Positions 13,285 through 25,291 of a stretch of 34,802 bases of DNA are shown here, piece by piece. The notes under the pieces are model-generated. The model saw only the letters and a list, made by a program, of their open reading frames with translations, was not told the DNA's origin and ran no database searches. Origin of the DNA: Conidiobolus incongruus B7586 (lineage: Eukaryota); contig JNEM01006731.1 of assembly GCA_000697335.1 (NCBI GenBank), positions 1 through 34,802 of the forward strand, read 5' to 3'. The position numbers were made by a program, and so were the translations under genes. Position 1 is the stretch's first letter. The number at the start of each line of letters is the position of its first letter.

Positions 13285-13986
13285 TTAGAAACAAAATAAC
13301 GAGATTAACGAGATTAGAACGAGGGTATGTATATAATTGCGACTGGCATCATTAAAAATATCATAGGTTTTAGATTTAGAAGTTGTGGTTGGGGCAATTT
13401 TACCATCGTTAACGTCTTTAGCAACGCAAATCTTTCTCTCTCGACATCTCATCTGACAGCCTATTTCGGAACCGCATCCAAGCTCGCAAGCTCGCAAATC
13501 TTCCTGGCAGATGACGAATTCTGCAGGGAATGTGTAGTTATCCGGACTTGGTAGGATATTGTGCTCACACTCGCACTTCCATCGTAAATTGTCCGTACTG
13601 CAGTCGTTGATAATGGCCACAGATTTCAGATAGCCACAGACGTTGTCACAAAAGGACTGTTGGTTCGAGCACGTTTCCGCCCGGACACTCTCCGGAATGT
13701 TTTTGATGTTGTAATATTTATAGTCGTGATCCATTGTTCTATTATTATAGGCAACTATAGGTGCTGTGCCAGTTGGCTTCGGTGCATTGGAAGTAGCTTT
13801 AGCTTGGTTATTATTGTTACCATTTGTATTATTATTAGCAGGTGGCGGAGTATTGCTATTATTAGTATTCGGAACAGTCGCAGCACTTCTTATATTCGCA
13901 TTATTATTCACAACATCTTGAGGTCGATTGAAAGCCTCCAATCCATTGACAAGCACTACCAAATGAATGAAACTACTTGTAAACAT
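13285..13986 (-). CDS. Secreted, probably GPI-anchored Cys-rich fungal cell-surface protein (DUF7707/anchored cell wall protein-like)
   Basis: Hydrophobic N-terminus (MFTSSFIHLVVLVNG), Asn/Thr/Pro-rich linker, Cys-rich domain (VRAETCSNQQSFCDNVC...NDC...WKCEC...PAEFVIC...C...C...C...C...C), Ser/Thr spacer and hydrophobic C-terminal tail. The start may instead be ATG 14044 spliced through a 37-nt intron (14005-14041). Confidence 0.8.
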   Translation of the reverse strand: MFTSSFIHLVVLVNGLEAFNRPQDVVNNNANIRSAATVPNTNNSNTPPPANNNTNGNNNNQAKATSNAPKPTGTAPIVAYNNRTMDHDYKYYNIKNIPESVRAETCSNQQSFCDNVCGYLKSVAIINDCSTDNLRWKCECEHNILPSPDNYTFPAEFVICQEDLRACELGCGSEIGCQMRCRERKICVAKDVNDGKIAPTTTSKSKTYDIFNDASRNYIHTLVLISLISLFCF

Positions 13987-15071
13987 AGTAGAAAACAGCA
14001 AGAACTTTAATGTTGATGTTGATAGAATAGTGTTTATATACCATGATAAAATCGCTTTGAAATGTTACAAATCTGGATTCAATACAACATTTAATTTATT
14101 CGAAATAGTAAAATCTTCACAATTCCTAGATTTGAATACATTTAATAAGACTAAATTTAGTAATGGATTGATTTCAAGTTGAGGTTTTGAATTGGATTTG
14201 AAATTGGCTTTTAAAGTTTGATGGTTTAAATTGAGTTAATTATAAAGTGTATTTAGATTCATGTGTATTAATATTGCTAAATTCAAAAATATTATTGGCA
14301 TGAGAAATTAAAGAATTGCTACTATTTGTTATATTTGTTTATATATGATAAAATATTCATAGAAAAGAATTATAATGAATTTATTCAAATTAAAATTGAT
14401 CAAATATTAATTTTTTAGAGATTGATGAAAAAATGATATTAATTCTAACCATTTCTATCACTTTTTCAGCAATGATTTTAAAAAATTGCAAAACATATTT
14501 GAATTATACTTAATAAACTTATATCGATTAATTTTCAAAGAGACTAAAAAATTCAAAATTTAAATTGATAAATGTACAAGTTGAATAATTATTTGAGTTA
14601 GAACTATAAAAGACTGATTTTTTTATGTAAAAATGATGTTTTTACTACTATTATAGGAGGAATTAATGTGTTAAATCATTTTGAAATATTTTTTAATATT
14701 TTAAAGTACTGTCAAACATATCTATTTTTCTAAATTTTAAATAGAAAATAAAATATTGAATTGATTGAATAGTATTTTATTAGTCTAATATATACCAATA
14801 TTATAACAATGATTATTAAACTGTGGCGTTAACCAATAATATATCTAGTAGAAAATAAAAATTAATAATACCGCTAAAAAATCGACTTGGTGTCAAATAA
14901 ATTATAGTTACAATCCAATTGAAATTATATTACCTAAAGCTAAATATTTAAAACTTGAAAAATAAATTAATTGGATAAAATTAATCCTATCAACCTTGAG
15001 TATATAAATAAAAACAAAGTGATGTCAATTCTTTAATTATTCAATGCTACATTAATTTTTTAATTTATTCA

Positions 15072-17821
15072 ATGAGTCGATTATTTGGTGATTCAAATAA
15101 TAATAAGTAAATAATATTTAAATATAATAATATATTTGATAATATTAATAGATACAAAAGAGATAGGGCACATAACTGGTTCAATAAAGAATTCTTAAAA
15201 TCTAAAGCTTTTTCAAGGAATAATTCCAGTCAACCCAATTCGGATACTGATAGCGACGATGAGAGTCCGGGGACGAGTAGGAGGGAACAATTGTGGAACT
15301 CTTTAAGTAGTAATGTCGAACAGTTCACCGATCGCGTTTTTAAAAAGGACTTGGATCCTAATTCAAATAATATTTTCGAAGCGCAATCTCTTGATACTAC
15401 ATACGATAATCAACTGATTGGTCAGGTGAAGCAAGTGAGTGGGAAGAATTTGAAAATTTTGGAGCAGATAGCTGAGGGTAGTACTGCTTTCCTATATTTG
15501 GTAGCCCAGGTTGATAGTAGGAATACAACTGGGGATGTTGAATTGAAAGGAGATAGTTTATTAAAAATATTATACTCTCCAAATGCTGAAGCCTTGAGCT
15601 TGGTTGAGAGGGAAGTTGATTTTATGGTAATATTATCAATATATTAAAATACAATTACTATTAATAATTTTATTATCCAGTCTCAATTAAATCATCCTAA
15701 TATTGTCAAATTTTACGGATCTGAAACTTTTCCAAAGACTGAAAATGGCGTAGATATGGGGTTTGAAACTCTGATCTGGATGGAATACTGTCAAGGTAAT
15801 AATAGTACATATAATAATTAAACTATATCTAATACTTATGATAGAAGGAAATCTGGTTGACCTAATGAATGGAAGAATTGATACAAAATTCGCTGAAGCT
15901 GAAATTTTATATATGTTCTGTGATATTTGTCAAGTATAAATTTATTTAATTTTGCGACTTAAACAAAGTCTTATTGAAACTTTATTTAGGGAGTTGGTTA
16001 CATGCATCTTTCAGATCCTCAAATAGTGCATAGAGATTTAAAGGTAATAATCCATTTATTATATTATTTTAATATCATTATTATATCGAACAATAGGTTG
16101 AAAATGTATTAATCAGCAAAGAACGTAAATTCAAATTATGCGATTTTGGATCATGCACGACAAGAATCATTCCACCAGGAACTCAACTCACAATACAACA
16201 GATTCACAATTTAGAAGAAGACATTCAAAAAAACACAACTTTGCAATATAGAGCTCCAGAAATGATTGATCTTTTCTTAAGGAAAGGATTAACAGAAAAA
16301 ACTGATATTTGGGCTTTGGGCGTATTATTATATAAACTTTGCTATTTTACTACTCCTTTTGAAGAAAATGGACAGCTTGCAATTCTTAATTGTCGTTACG
16401 ACTTTCCATCATCACCTCAATATTCAGAAGATATTAAATCATTAATTTCATCGATGCTGCAAGAAGATCCTGAAGATCGCCCCAACATTGTAAAGGTGTG
16501 TGAAAAAGTATGTCAGTTGCGTAAAGTTCCATGTCCACTTTCCGGATTTGATAAGGTTCTTCAAGATCATGAAACCACAATGAAGTCGACTTTTTCCAAT
16601 GAAACTAGATCTCAAAATGTATCTAGTGCTATGGATGATGTATTCAATACCACCCAACAAAAAGGACCACAATTCGAATTTGCTATTGAAAACATTACCC
16701 CAATGCGTAGAGGGAGACCCAAGAAAAATGCGCCAACTCAGTTGGTTAATTCATTCGATCCAACTCAAATTAACTCAAATGATATAAAAGATCTGTCAAC
16801 TGAGTTCTCTGACTCTGATCCTTTTTCTACCTTGGTCCAAAAAAGCACTCAATCAAGTAATTCTGACCAATTTACTTCCAATAATCAGGCTTGGAACACT
16901 AAACCAGCTGCATCTTTTAATCAAGAGTTTGATCCTTTTTCATTACTGGTTCAGCAACAAACCACTCCATCTAACTCAAATTTATCACATCATAATGATA
17001 ACAATGGAGATTTATTGGATGATTCCGTTCTTGATAATGCACCTAAACCTCTTCCAACACCTCCATCCAATGAGAATATTAATACTCGACCAAAAAACAT
17101 TATTGATCTTTCTTCAAGATTCCAAAATTCTCATTCAAAATTACCAAATAACCCACCTCCTCGAATACCACCTCGCAGGGTTTCTAAAAATGACGTAAAA
17201 GGCTTTAATAATAACGCAAGCCAAGCACCCAAGTTGCCACGACCTCCATCTGGCGAGTTTAGTAAATCCTCATCACATTCCTCAGTGGAACCAAATCCTC
17301 AACCCGCTCAGCGTAGGCTACCAAGACCTCCATCCGGTGAGTTTGGTACATCTCCAAGTTTGTCTAGAGAAACAATATCCCAATCCGCACACCGTAGATT
17401 ACCAAGACCTGCATCCAATGGAGATTTATTAGATCTTCCCAACCACGACAGTCGTCTCAGTCCCCAATCCTCGAGACCCCAAGTCCGGAAGTTCGAAGCA
17501 TTCGAACATGATGATGAAGAGGAGGACTTACTATCTTCAACTGATGGATATTCCAATCTCAATGATCAAGAACCCATTAACCCTGTACAAGATTCATTCC
17601 AAAATAATGATTTATTTGACATGAATCATCTGCAAAAATCGTTACCATCCAAACTTAGACATCAATCATTCATACCGATTGATTCTTCAACACCTTTACC
17701 GCCCCCTGTTCCTCCCAAGCCACCATCACTAGCTATTATAAATAACTTGAAGGATTCTCCACTCTCTACTCAAGCTAACAAGCCTCCGCCAATACCTCCC
17801 AAACCTAAGAATTTTCAATAA
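15072..17821 (+). CDS. NAK-family (Ark1/Prk1/AAK1-like) Ser/Thr kinase with Pro-rich tail. Exons: 15072-15106, 15152-15626, 15681-15795, 15845-15933, 15990-16043, 16097-17821
   Basis: Five GT-AG introns (45, 54, 49, 56, 53 nt) give HPNIVKFY, MEYC, HRDLKVENVL, KLCDFGS, TTLQYRAPEMIDL and DIWALGVLLYKLCYFTTPFE, which are NAK-family signatures. The tail has DPF motifs and PPPxPPKP motifs. The first small exon is less certain. Confidence 0.92.
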
Positions 17822-18425
17822 GGCTGATTATTTCAAACAACAATTAAAATTAATATAATTGCAAAATATTAAATATTTATAATGAAATATTTTATTCAGA
17901 TTTTTGAAATACTTCATCAATATTTAATGTTATCATAACTGTTATAGCTAAAAATTTCAAATATTCCTCAATAATTTTTGACCTTTTGCGTAATTTAAAT
18001 ATTCATAAATTAGTATGAATTCAACTGATCTGATCATTTTTGACTTATGAAGCTAAATTAATTATATCTTATATTTAAGTAATTAGTAGTTATATTAATC
18101 CCGGCTTTTATATATATTTTGAATTATAACAATAAATTCATCCATCAAAGTTAGAAATTCTTTATCCTATTCAATATTCATCAATTTGTTAAACTGTTTA
18201 AACTGTAAATAATTTAGAATATTGATGCAATATCTAAAATCAATGTAGCCACTTAATCAATATAAACTATTGATATGAAATCATTTTAAAATTAATTTAT
18301 TAATTCCTATGATGTTATCAGGATTTATCATCATATTATACTCTCACAAAAATAGATTTTAGGTCATTTTTTCAAAGATTAATCAATGAAATGATAAGAT
18401 CAGTATTTAAACCTCCAAAATCATG

Positions 18426-18446
18426 TATATATATATATATATATAT
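18426..18446. repeat. (TA)n microsatellite
   Basis: Directly visible. Confidence 0.95.
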
Positions 18447-20234
18447 CAACTTTTCCATCTGATTAAAAATTGTAAGTACTCAAAAATATAATTTATCAAT
18501 AATATAATGAACATTTTTTTATATTTTTAGAAATATGAACATAATATAAAGTTCAATATCAAATTTGAATTCATTTTTGTTATTCAATTGATTTAATAGC
18601 ACTCAATTGTTTACTAAAGTCTGTAATTTATAAATGATATCAATATAAATTATGTATACTTGATATTTTAAATAATCTAACAAAATTTAATGGGTAACTC
18701 AAATCTTATCAAAATTTTAAAAATTCGAGTGTTTATAATATATTAAGAATACAAACTAACAGATGGAACATATTTAATTTTTAATAAAACTAAATATAAA
18801 TTATAATCAAATTATACAGACTAATTTTACTTTAATATTTCATATGACTTGCTATAATATTGGTATTAATATTTTAATGGGCAGTATAAGTATGAAAAGT
18901 TTGAAATTCCTTTAATTATCATTTTATGTTAAATTATCAATTATTTACAAAAATAATTTTATTTAATTCCAAAAAGACATTGTTAACAGTAGTTGGGTTT
19001 AAATGTAATATAATGCAGAGGAAGACTTAAATTAAGAATGACATAATCTATTTATATACCAGTGAGTTTATCTAAGGTTTGAAATATATTAGTTATTATA
19101 TTTATATTAGATGGTATAGTAGATAGTTTTAAATCTTATGAAATAATAGTGATTAACAATAGTTAGAGAAGAATAATAAGATACTGAGAGGATGAAATAA
19201 TGCTATTTATATAATTAAATTAATTTTAAAAGTAAAATTACTTAGAATATTAAAAGTTAGTATAAACATAGTGTTATGTTTAAAAATTTAGAGAACTAGT
19301 CTCTTGATAGATATCATATTATGAATTAAAAAATAAATTACCTATGTAGTATTATATAATAAATTTTATTTTATTAATATTTTGAATATATAATTTTCAT
19401 TAATGTATAATAATTTATATCAATATTGAATTTATTTCATTAATAATAATTATAATAAAATTACATTTAATCATATTCATCACTTTCTACAATCATACCT
19501 TTGATTTAATTACTTTGTCAACTAAATAATTCATACAAACAAATAATAATAATGATAAAATATATTTTTACTTAATTTTTGCATTATCTCATTTTTCTTT
19601 GAAATATAAAGAGTATATCACTAATTTAAAAGTTTAAAATTATTGGTTAAAGAATATTTAGCATTATGATAATCATATTAATAGAATAATGAAGAAAGAG
19701 TTATTGACCATGGTAAGATTCTTATTTTTCCTTTTTATACTCCCACGATCTCTTTAAATCACAAAATATTAGAGTTAATCATAAATCTTTAATGCTGTGT
19801 ATTTTTAATCTTTTTTTAAATGTGATATTTTTATTTTAATTTTATATTAATAATCTATCATATTTAATAATAGCAAATCTATAATTCCAAAAATTTTTAA
19901 TTAATATATTTCCAACTCATGCTATTATAATCATTTAAATAATCTTGATCTAAAAATATTTGATAGAAATCAATAATTGAATTTGAAAAATTCCATGTAA
20001 TCTTTTGTTTAAGTCAGAATTTTGATAAATTATAAGAGAAGTGAGAGCATGAATATGGTACTCAATTTTTACATGAAGGTAATAATGATATTAAATAATT
20101 CAAAAATTAAAAATATTTTATAAAGAAAATTAAGAAAAAAAAGTTGCAAAAAAACAGAAATATTTATATAATGAAGGAGATGATAAAGAGAAATTTCTAA
20201 ATGAAGCTTTAAATAATAATTACATTGAAGATTT

Positions 20235-22063
20235 TTAACCCATTCTGATGATACCAACGTTAATAAGTTTACGAATGTTATTAGCAATAGTTGGGTTTTT
20301 CATATGTTCTTGGATAGCTTTAGGATCGGATTGCATCTGTTGAAGAATTTGTTGCATTACGGGATCGGTCATGATGCGCATCACTTCGGGGTCGCTTTGG
20401 GCACGCTTCAAAGCTTCAGCACGATCTTGTTCGGCGTTGCCGGTGGAAGGAGGAGCTTGATACATGGCTTGGTTGGCCTTGAAGATTTGTTCGTTGATTT
20501 CAGCTGTATGCTTATTTTCAGTGTCGATTTCCTTAGCCTTTTCCAAGATTTCAATGGATTTTTCATAGTTCTTCTTGGCGAATTCAATAGCAGCTTTACG
20601 GATATAAGCTTTGACAAAAGTGGGTTCAATGGCGATACAGGCATCACAATCCTTTTCGGCCTCGTACAAAGCCATCAATTTAGTATAACAAGCAGCTCTG
20701 TTGGAGTAAGCCTTATAATCTTTTTCATTACGTTTGATGGCTTCAGTGTATTCTTTGACAGCTTCAGCAAACTTGCTGGCCTTGAAGAGTTCGTTACCAG
20801 TTTCACGAGCCTTGTCACCTAAAGCGACATCGAAATAAGCTTCCTTATCCTTACGAACCTTTGCCTTTTCAGCTTCTTTGAGCTTGCTCAAAACATCGGG
20901 AGTACGATGTTCAGACAAAGATTTTTGATAAAATTTGATAGCATTTTCTAAATCGTCAAGTTTGGCATAGGCGTTACCGATACGAGCAAAAGCTTTAGCA
21001 ATCAATTTAAAGTCAGCGCGATGTTCACGACCAACATCAACGGCTTCCTCACAGATTTTAATACATTCTTGGAAGTTGCCTTGTTCGAATAATACGGCAG
21101 CTTTGTTAGTGAGTATAGTGATGTTAGTGTTGTCGAGTTCCCAGGCTTGGTTGTAATGTTCGATGGCTTTTTCAAATTCACGCTTCTTATAGAATTGGTT
21201 ACCGAGATCCTTTTGTTCAACAGCTCTCTTCTTTCTTTCCATTTCTTCTTTAGCCTCTTCTGATAATTCTTCTGGCTCGGGCTCAGGTTCAGGAGCAGCT
21301 TGGGGCTTAGGGTCAGCCTTAGGGGCAGGTGTAGGTTCGGGGGCAGATTGAGAGGGTTGACCGCCAAATCCAGTACCAGCACCAGGCATAGCAGACATAT
21401 CCAAACCCATTAAGGCCATCATGGCATTCATAATTCTGGGATCATCCATATATTGGGCAGCACTTTGAGGGTTTTGCTTAATGGCAGTGATTTTGCGAAC
21501 AAATTCAGGATCGGCCAAATAGGAAGAGATTTTAGGATTGCTGGCTAACTTGGCAATGATATCACCTTGGAACATAGAATCTAACCCCATTCCTAATTCA
21601 TATTAAAAATATGAAAATTATTAATTGAATAACAATGGATATTTACCTGGACCTCCTCCCATAGATTGTTCAACTTCCTGCTTACCCTTCTTTAAGAGAG
21701 CATTTTCGGGGTCATATTTCAAACCTTCGTCATAAGCTTGAAGGGCACCTTCGAGATCATACATGCCGTGGAGAGCACTGGCTTTCCTGCTGTAACCCTA
21801 AAACGTCATTAGATCTACAGTAGCAAATTAAATTAAATAATATATACCTTGGGCCAGTCTGGTTTAAGTTCAATTGTTTTGTTAGCATCTGTCAAAGCTT
21901 GATCGTATTGCTTCAAACTACAGTAAGAAGCAGAACGGTTAGAGTACAAAACATGATTAGTGGGGTCAAGTTCGATGGCTTTAGTAAAGTGTTGAATAGC
22001 TTCCTCAAATTTACCAGCTGAAAAAGCTGTGTTTCCTAAATTTTTAAACTCAGCTGCAGACAT
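20235..22063 (-). CDS. STI1: Hsp70/Hsp90 organising co-chaperone STI1/HOP. Exons: 22063-21848, 21797-21647, 21592-20235
   Basis: TPR1 (MSAAEFKNLGNTAFSAG...NHVLYSNRSA...PDWPKGYSRK), DP1, TPR2A (KDLGNQFYKKREF), TPR2B (GNELFK...YSNRAACYTKL) and DP2 (DPEV..IMTDPVMQQILQQMQSDP). Two GT-AG introns of 50 and 54 nt keep the frame. Confidence 0.97.
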
Positions 22064-22176
22064 TATTTTTTAAAATTTGATGATGAAATTTGAATGCTAT
22101 AAAGTCTGACGACATTATTTATATGTGAATTGATGTTTCATTGTTCTATTGAGTTTCCAAATAGGGTATCTGATTA

Positions 22177-22191
22177 ATTCTCGAATATTCC
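22177..22191. promoter_or_regulatory. Heat-shock element (HSF site), proximal
   Basis: aTTCtcGAAtaTTCc is a perfect three-unit inverted nGAAn array ~115 bp upstream of the STI1 ATG. A TATA-like TATAAATA lies on the minus strand at 22116-22123. Confidence 0.8.
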
Positions 22192-22374
22192 TGATTCATA
22201 GACACCTTGAATTTTTTTTGCAAATTACATTGATGAGAAAATATTGACATTGCTAGTTTAGTATAATTGATATTTTATGAGTTAGATAAAATATTCAGCA
22301 AGATAGATATTAACAAATTTAGCGACATTATATTAATGCCTAGCTATTAAATTAGAAATACTGTTTATTATTAT

Positions 22375-22389
22375 ATTCTAGAAATTTCA
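22375..22389. promoter_or_regulatory. Heat-shock element (HSF site), distal
   Basis: aTTCtaGAAatTTCa is a perfect three-unit HSE ~310 bp upstream of the STI1 ATG. Confidence 0.7.
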
Positions 22390-22557
22390 AATTATCATCA
22401 AATTATATTTACAAATCGAATTAATTTTATCAATTCAAACTGAAAAAATCCACAATTTAATAATCGAAACATAATTCATAACATTTATTAATTGAAATAA
22501 ACAAACTACAAGCAAATATATTTCAATAATTTAGCCACAGTCATAACATAATAAAAA

Positions 22558-23616
22558 CTAACGGAACTGACTATGGACCTTAATATAAGCATTAATATCA
22601 TCGCAGCTCAAATGGCAGATACTATCAGGACAGTATCTGGTTTGTTTTTGAGTTGCAATTGCATTTTTGAACTTATCCAAGGTAGATTGACAATCAGTGA
22701 AGAATTCGATTGATCTGGGCTGTAAGAAGATTGCGAGAAGGCGTGGGTCACGTTTACTGCCATCATGGACCTTGTCACCCAAGTCCTTGAGCCAGGTTCT
22801 GACATTAGGAGCCCATAAACCCTCAACAAGTCTACTGCGGGAGGCAATTGTTGCAGTTCCACTAATGCTACACCAGTTAGTTGAATTCCTGTCTGCCTGG
22901 TTAAATGCAAGATTCACTTTCGGGTTGGACTTAATATCAGTAACTAATGAGGAATCATGTCTGGATAAGAGGTAGAAATGGATATCTTCAATGCGGTCAT
23001 AAATATACATAGGTCTAGACTTCAATTCCTGAGTGTCAGAGTTGATAGTAGTTAAGGTAGCTTGATTAAAGTCTTTGATGAATTTGACGAAATTGTCCAC
23101 TTTCTGTTTGATAGATGGAGTTCGAGATTTCGTCACAAGTTCAGTATCTGGTGGGGGACTCTCACGAACAGGTTTGGTAGATTGCTTTTCATCTTGTCCA
23201 GGGGCTTGGGTAGTAGAAGGCTCATTTTCAACGAGACTCTTATCAGATACTCCATACTGTTGCTCGCCCTTCTGGGATAATTGCTTCACATCTTTATCAT
23301 CGCTAAGACCCTTTTCAGATGTTTCAAAATCTTGTTGGGTCGTGTTGGATCGCTGCTGTAGATTTTTATCACTATCAGCCCCACTATCAGATACTTTATG
23401 GTCTTCATCCTTACTAGAGTGCTTCATAGTATCGTCAACATCATTAGGATTCTCATTAGATGGCTTGTTCTTCAACTCTTCTATGGCAGAAAATGTCTGA
23501 TTTTTTGTTGGATTATAATCCTTTTGGGATGAATCACGTTCTATTTCTTCTTTTGTAATGGCATTTCTCACTTCTTCCTCGTTACGCTCCATTTGATTTT
23601 TTGCTTCTTGATTCAT
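22558..23616 (-). CDS. bli-3-like / general stress protein 26-like (pyridoxamine 5'-phosphate oxidase-like fold) protein with a long hydrophilic N-terminal extension
   Basis: Intronless 352-aa ORF. The C-terminal half has SRPM, VNLAF, WCSISGTA and WLKDLGDKVHDGSKRDPRL, clearly paralogous to 24689-25291. Confidence 0.85.
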   Translation of the reverse strand: MNQEAKNQMERNEEEVRNAITKEEIERDSSQKDYNPTKNQTFSAIEELKNKPSNENPNDVDDTMKHSSKDEDHKVSDSGADSDKNLQQRSNTTQQDFETSEKGLSDDKDVKQLSQKGEQQYGVSDKSLVENEPSTTQAPGQDEKQSTKPVRESPPPDTELVTKSRTPSIKQKVDNFVKFIKDFNQATLTTINSDTQELKSRPMYIYDRIEDIHFYLLSRHDSSLVTDIKSNPKVNLAFNQADRNSTNWCSISGTATIASRSRLVEGLWAPNVRTWLKDLGDKVHDGSKRDPRLLAIFLQPRSIEFFTDCQSTLDKFKNAIATQKQTRYCPDSICHLSCDDINAYIKVHSQFR

Positions 23617-24688
23617 ATGAGGAAAGCTACCAGTTCACAACTGTAGAATTTATAGATGTCACTAATAGATTATATACTAATTCGATATTGAAGTGTTAGT
23701 CATGGTTTAATCATTTCTTGATGAATAATTATTATTAAGTTTAAAAAGTTATGTTTGACTAATTGATTAAACTATTTTCAGCTAAAATTACCACTTCAAA
23801 AAATTAATTGTTAACATTAGACTTATTCATAATGAAATGATAGTAAATTATAAAGTTTAAATTAGTTTAAATCATTATATATGCTTTGTGATTTTTGATG
23901 AATAATATTATCAATTATTCTGCTCTTAAATAAAAATATTATTTGATATATAATTAAAAATTTTTACGTGGAAAAAAATAGTTATAACTAGTCAATCACC
24001 TAGTTATTCTATTAAGTAGATTGACGTAATTAAAGCATAATTATGTTTAGTATTATAAATTTCAGAATTGATTTACTAGTGAATGATAACTAACTAAAAA
24101 AACTATTATATAGAAAATTGCTTGTCTAAGTAAATCCTATCCAAGATCACAAGTGAAACACAATTGTAATTAAAAAATGCTTAAATAATTAATAATATTT
24201 GAAATATTCTATTGTCAATTTTACATAAATAAATCTAAATTAATATTCCCAAATAATATAATGTTAACCAAAATCAAAAGCTTGAAAATATAATTATTTT
24301 ACGTATTATTTATTTGGTTATATCTAATATTATTATTGAAACAATTATAGTTGAAACAAACTAATTTGTTAGACCCCAGTTTATAATTTGAGACATATGC
24401 AATCAGTAAATTTCAATGCAAGGTTTAGGTTTAATATTATATTTATTATTGTTTTGCAATTTTCAAAAATTCGTTATTCAAAAGGCCATGGTGTAAAAAG
24501 TATAATTATATTTCCTTTGAAGTATGATTTATAAAAGGGGTGGTGTGTATTGAAATATCTAAAAATATATGCTAGAGATAAAAATGTTATAATAATACAA
24601 TCATTTATTGAGTAATGATTATGCTATAATATAAATGCGACTAAGCAAATCTGTACAGATCATATAGTTTGACGACCATACGATACTA

Positions 24689-25291
24689 TTAACATGAAGA
24701 AATTTGGCGATAAGATTGAAGATCACTCTGTTCAATATGTCTCAAAACACCGATATTAGGGACTTCGCCGGTAATGGCGCCCTTGGTGACTTCGTAGGCT
24801 TGGGTAAGTTTGCTCTTAGTAACTAAGTAGTAATCAACGACAATGGGTTCAACGTAGATAGCGACCAACCTGGGGTCGGACTTGCTTCCATCGTGAATGT
24901 TGTCCCCCTTGTCACCTAACCAAGCCTTCACTTCGGAGGACCACAAATCCTCGATCTCAGTGCGATCTCTGATGACCTTTGCAGTACCACTAACACTGGC
25001 CCAGCTCTTGTCAGATTCCGAGTAGAAAGACAAGTTTACATGATTGTCAGTGTCCAAGTGATCCATCTTGTAGGATTCCGAATCGGTTAATAAATACAGG
25101 TCCAAGCCTCTGATTCTCTTTCTCACGTGCATTGCTCTCGAATACAACATACCGTTCTGGTCTCTAGTGACCATCATGGTAAACTTTTGCTTGTCAATAA
25201 ACTGCCCCAACTCATCAATTTTTTCCTTAACTGAGCAATTGTCATGCTGACTTTGGGAAGGGTGTTGACGATTGACTGTTTCAACATTCAT
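24689..25291 (-). CDS. bli-3: BLI-3-like protein (blue-light-induced protein 3 / general stress protein 26 family, PNPOx-like fold)
   Basis: Intronless 200-aa ORF with EKIDEL..FI...KFTMMVTR, SRAM, VNLSF, WASVSGTA and AWLGDKGDNIHDGSKSDPRL, matching the fungal BLI-3 motif pattern. Confidence 0.85.
   Translation of the reverse strand: MNVETVNRQHPSQSQHDNCSVKEKIDELGQFIDKQKFTMMVTRDQNGMLYSRAMHVRKRIRGLDLYLLTDSESYKMDHLDTDNHVNLSFYSESDKSWASVSGTAKVIRDRTEIEDLWSSEVKAWLGDKGDNIHDGSKSDPRLVAIYVEPIVVDYYLVTKSKLTQAYEVTKGAITGEVPNIGVLRHIEQSDLQSYRQISSC

Noticed and set aside
15842..15847. NAGNAG tandem acceptor in the kinase, and an alternative in-frame acceptor in SNT2 intron 7
   Set aside because: Common and changes only 1-3 residues. 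The proximal kinase site best fits family spacing.
20304..20822. 172-aa antisense ORF in STI1, and similar shadow ORFs over the other genes
   Set aside because: Explained by codon bias of the real gene on the opposite strand or in another frame.
22081..22109. TGATGA...CTGA box C/D-like pair
   Set aside because: Only ~30 nt long and antisense to the STI1 5' region; too short for a snoRNA.
22558..25291. Recent horizontal transfer of the intronless bli-3-like genes from bacteria
   Set aside because: They carry the fungal BLI-3-type GD..HDG...DPR motif, the family is widespread in fungi, and composition resembles neighbouring exons.
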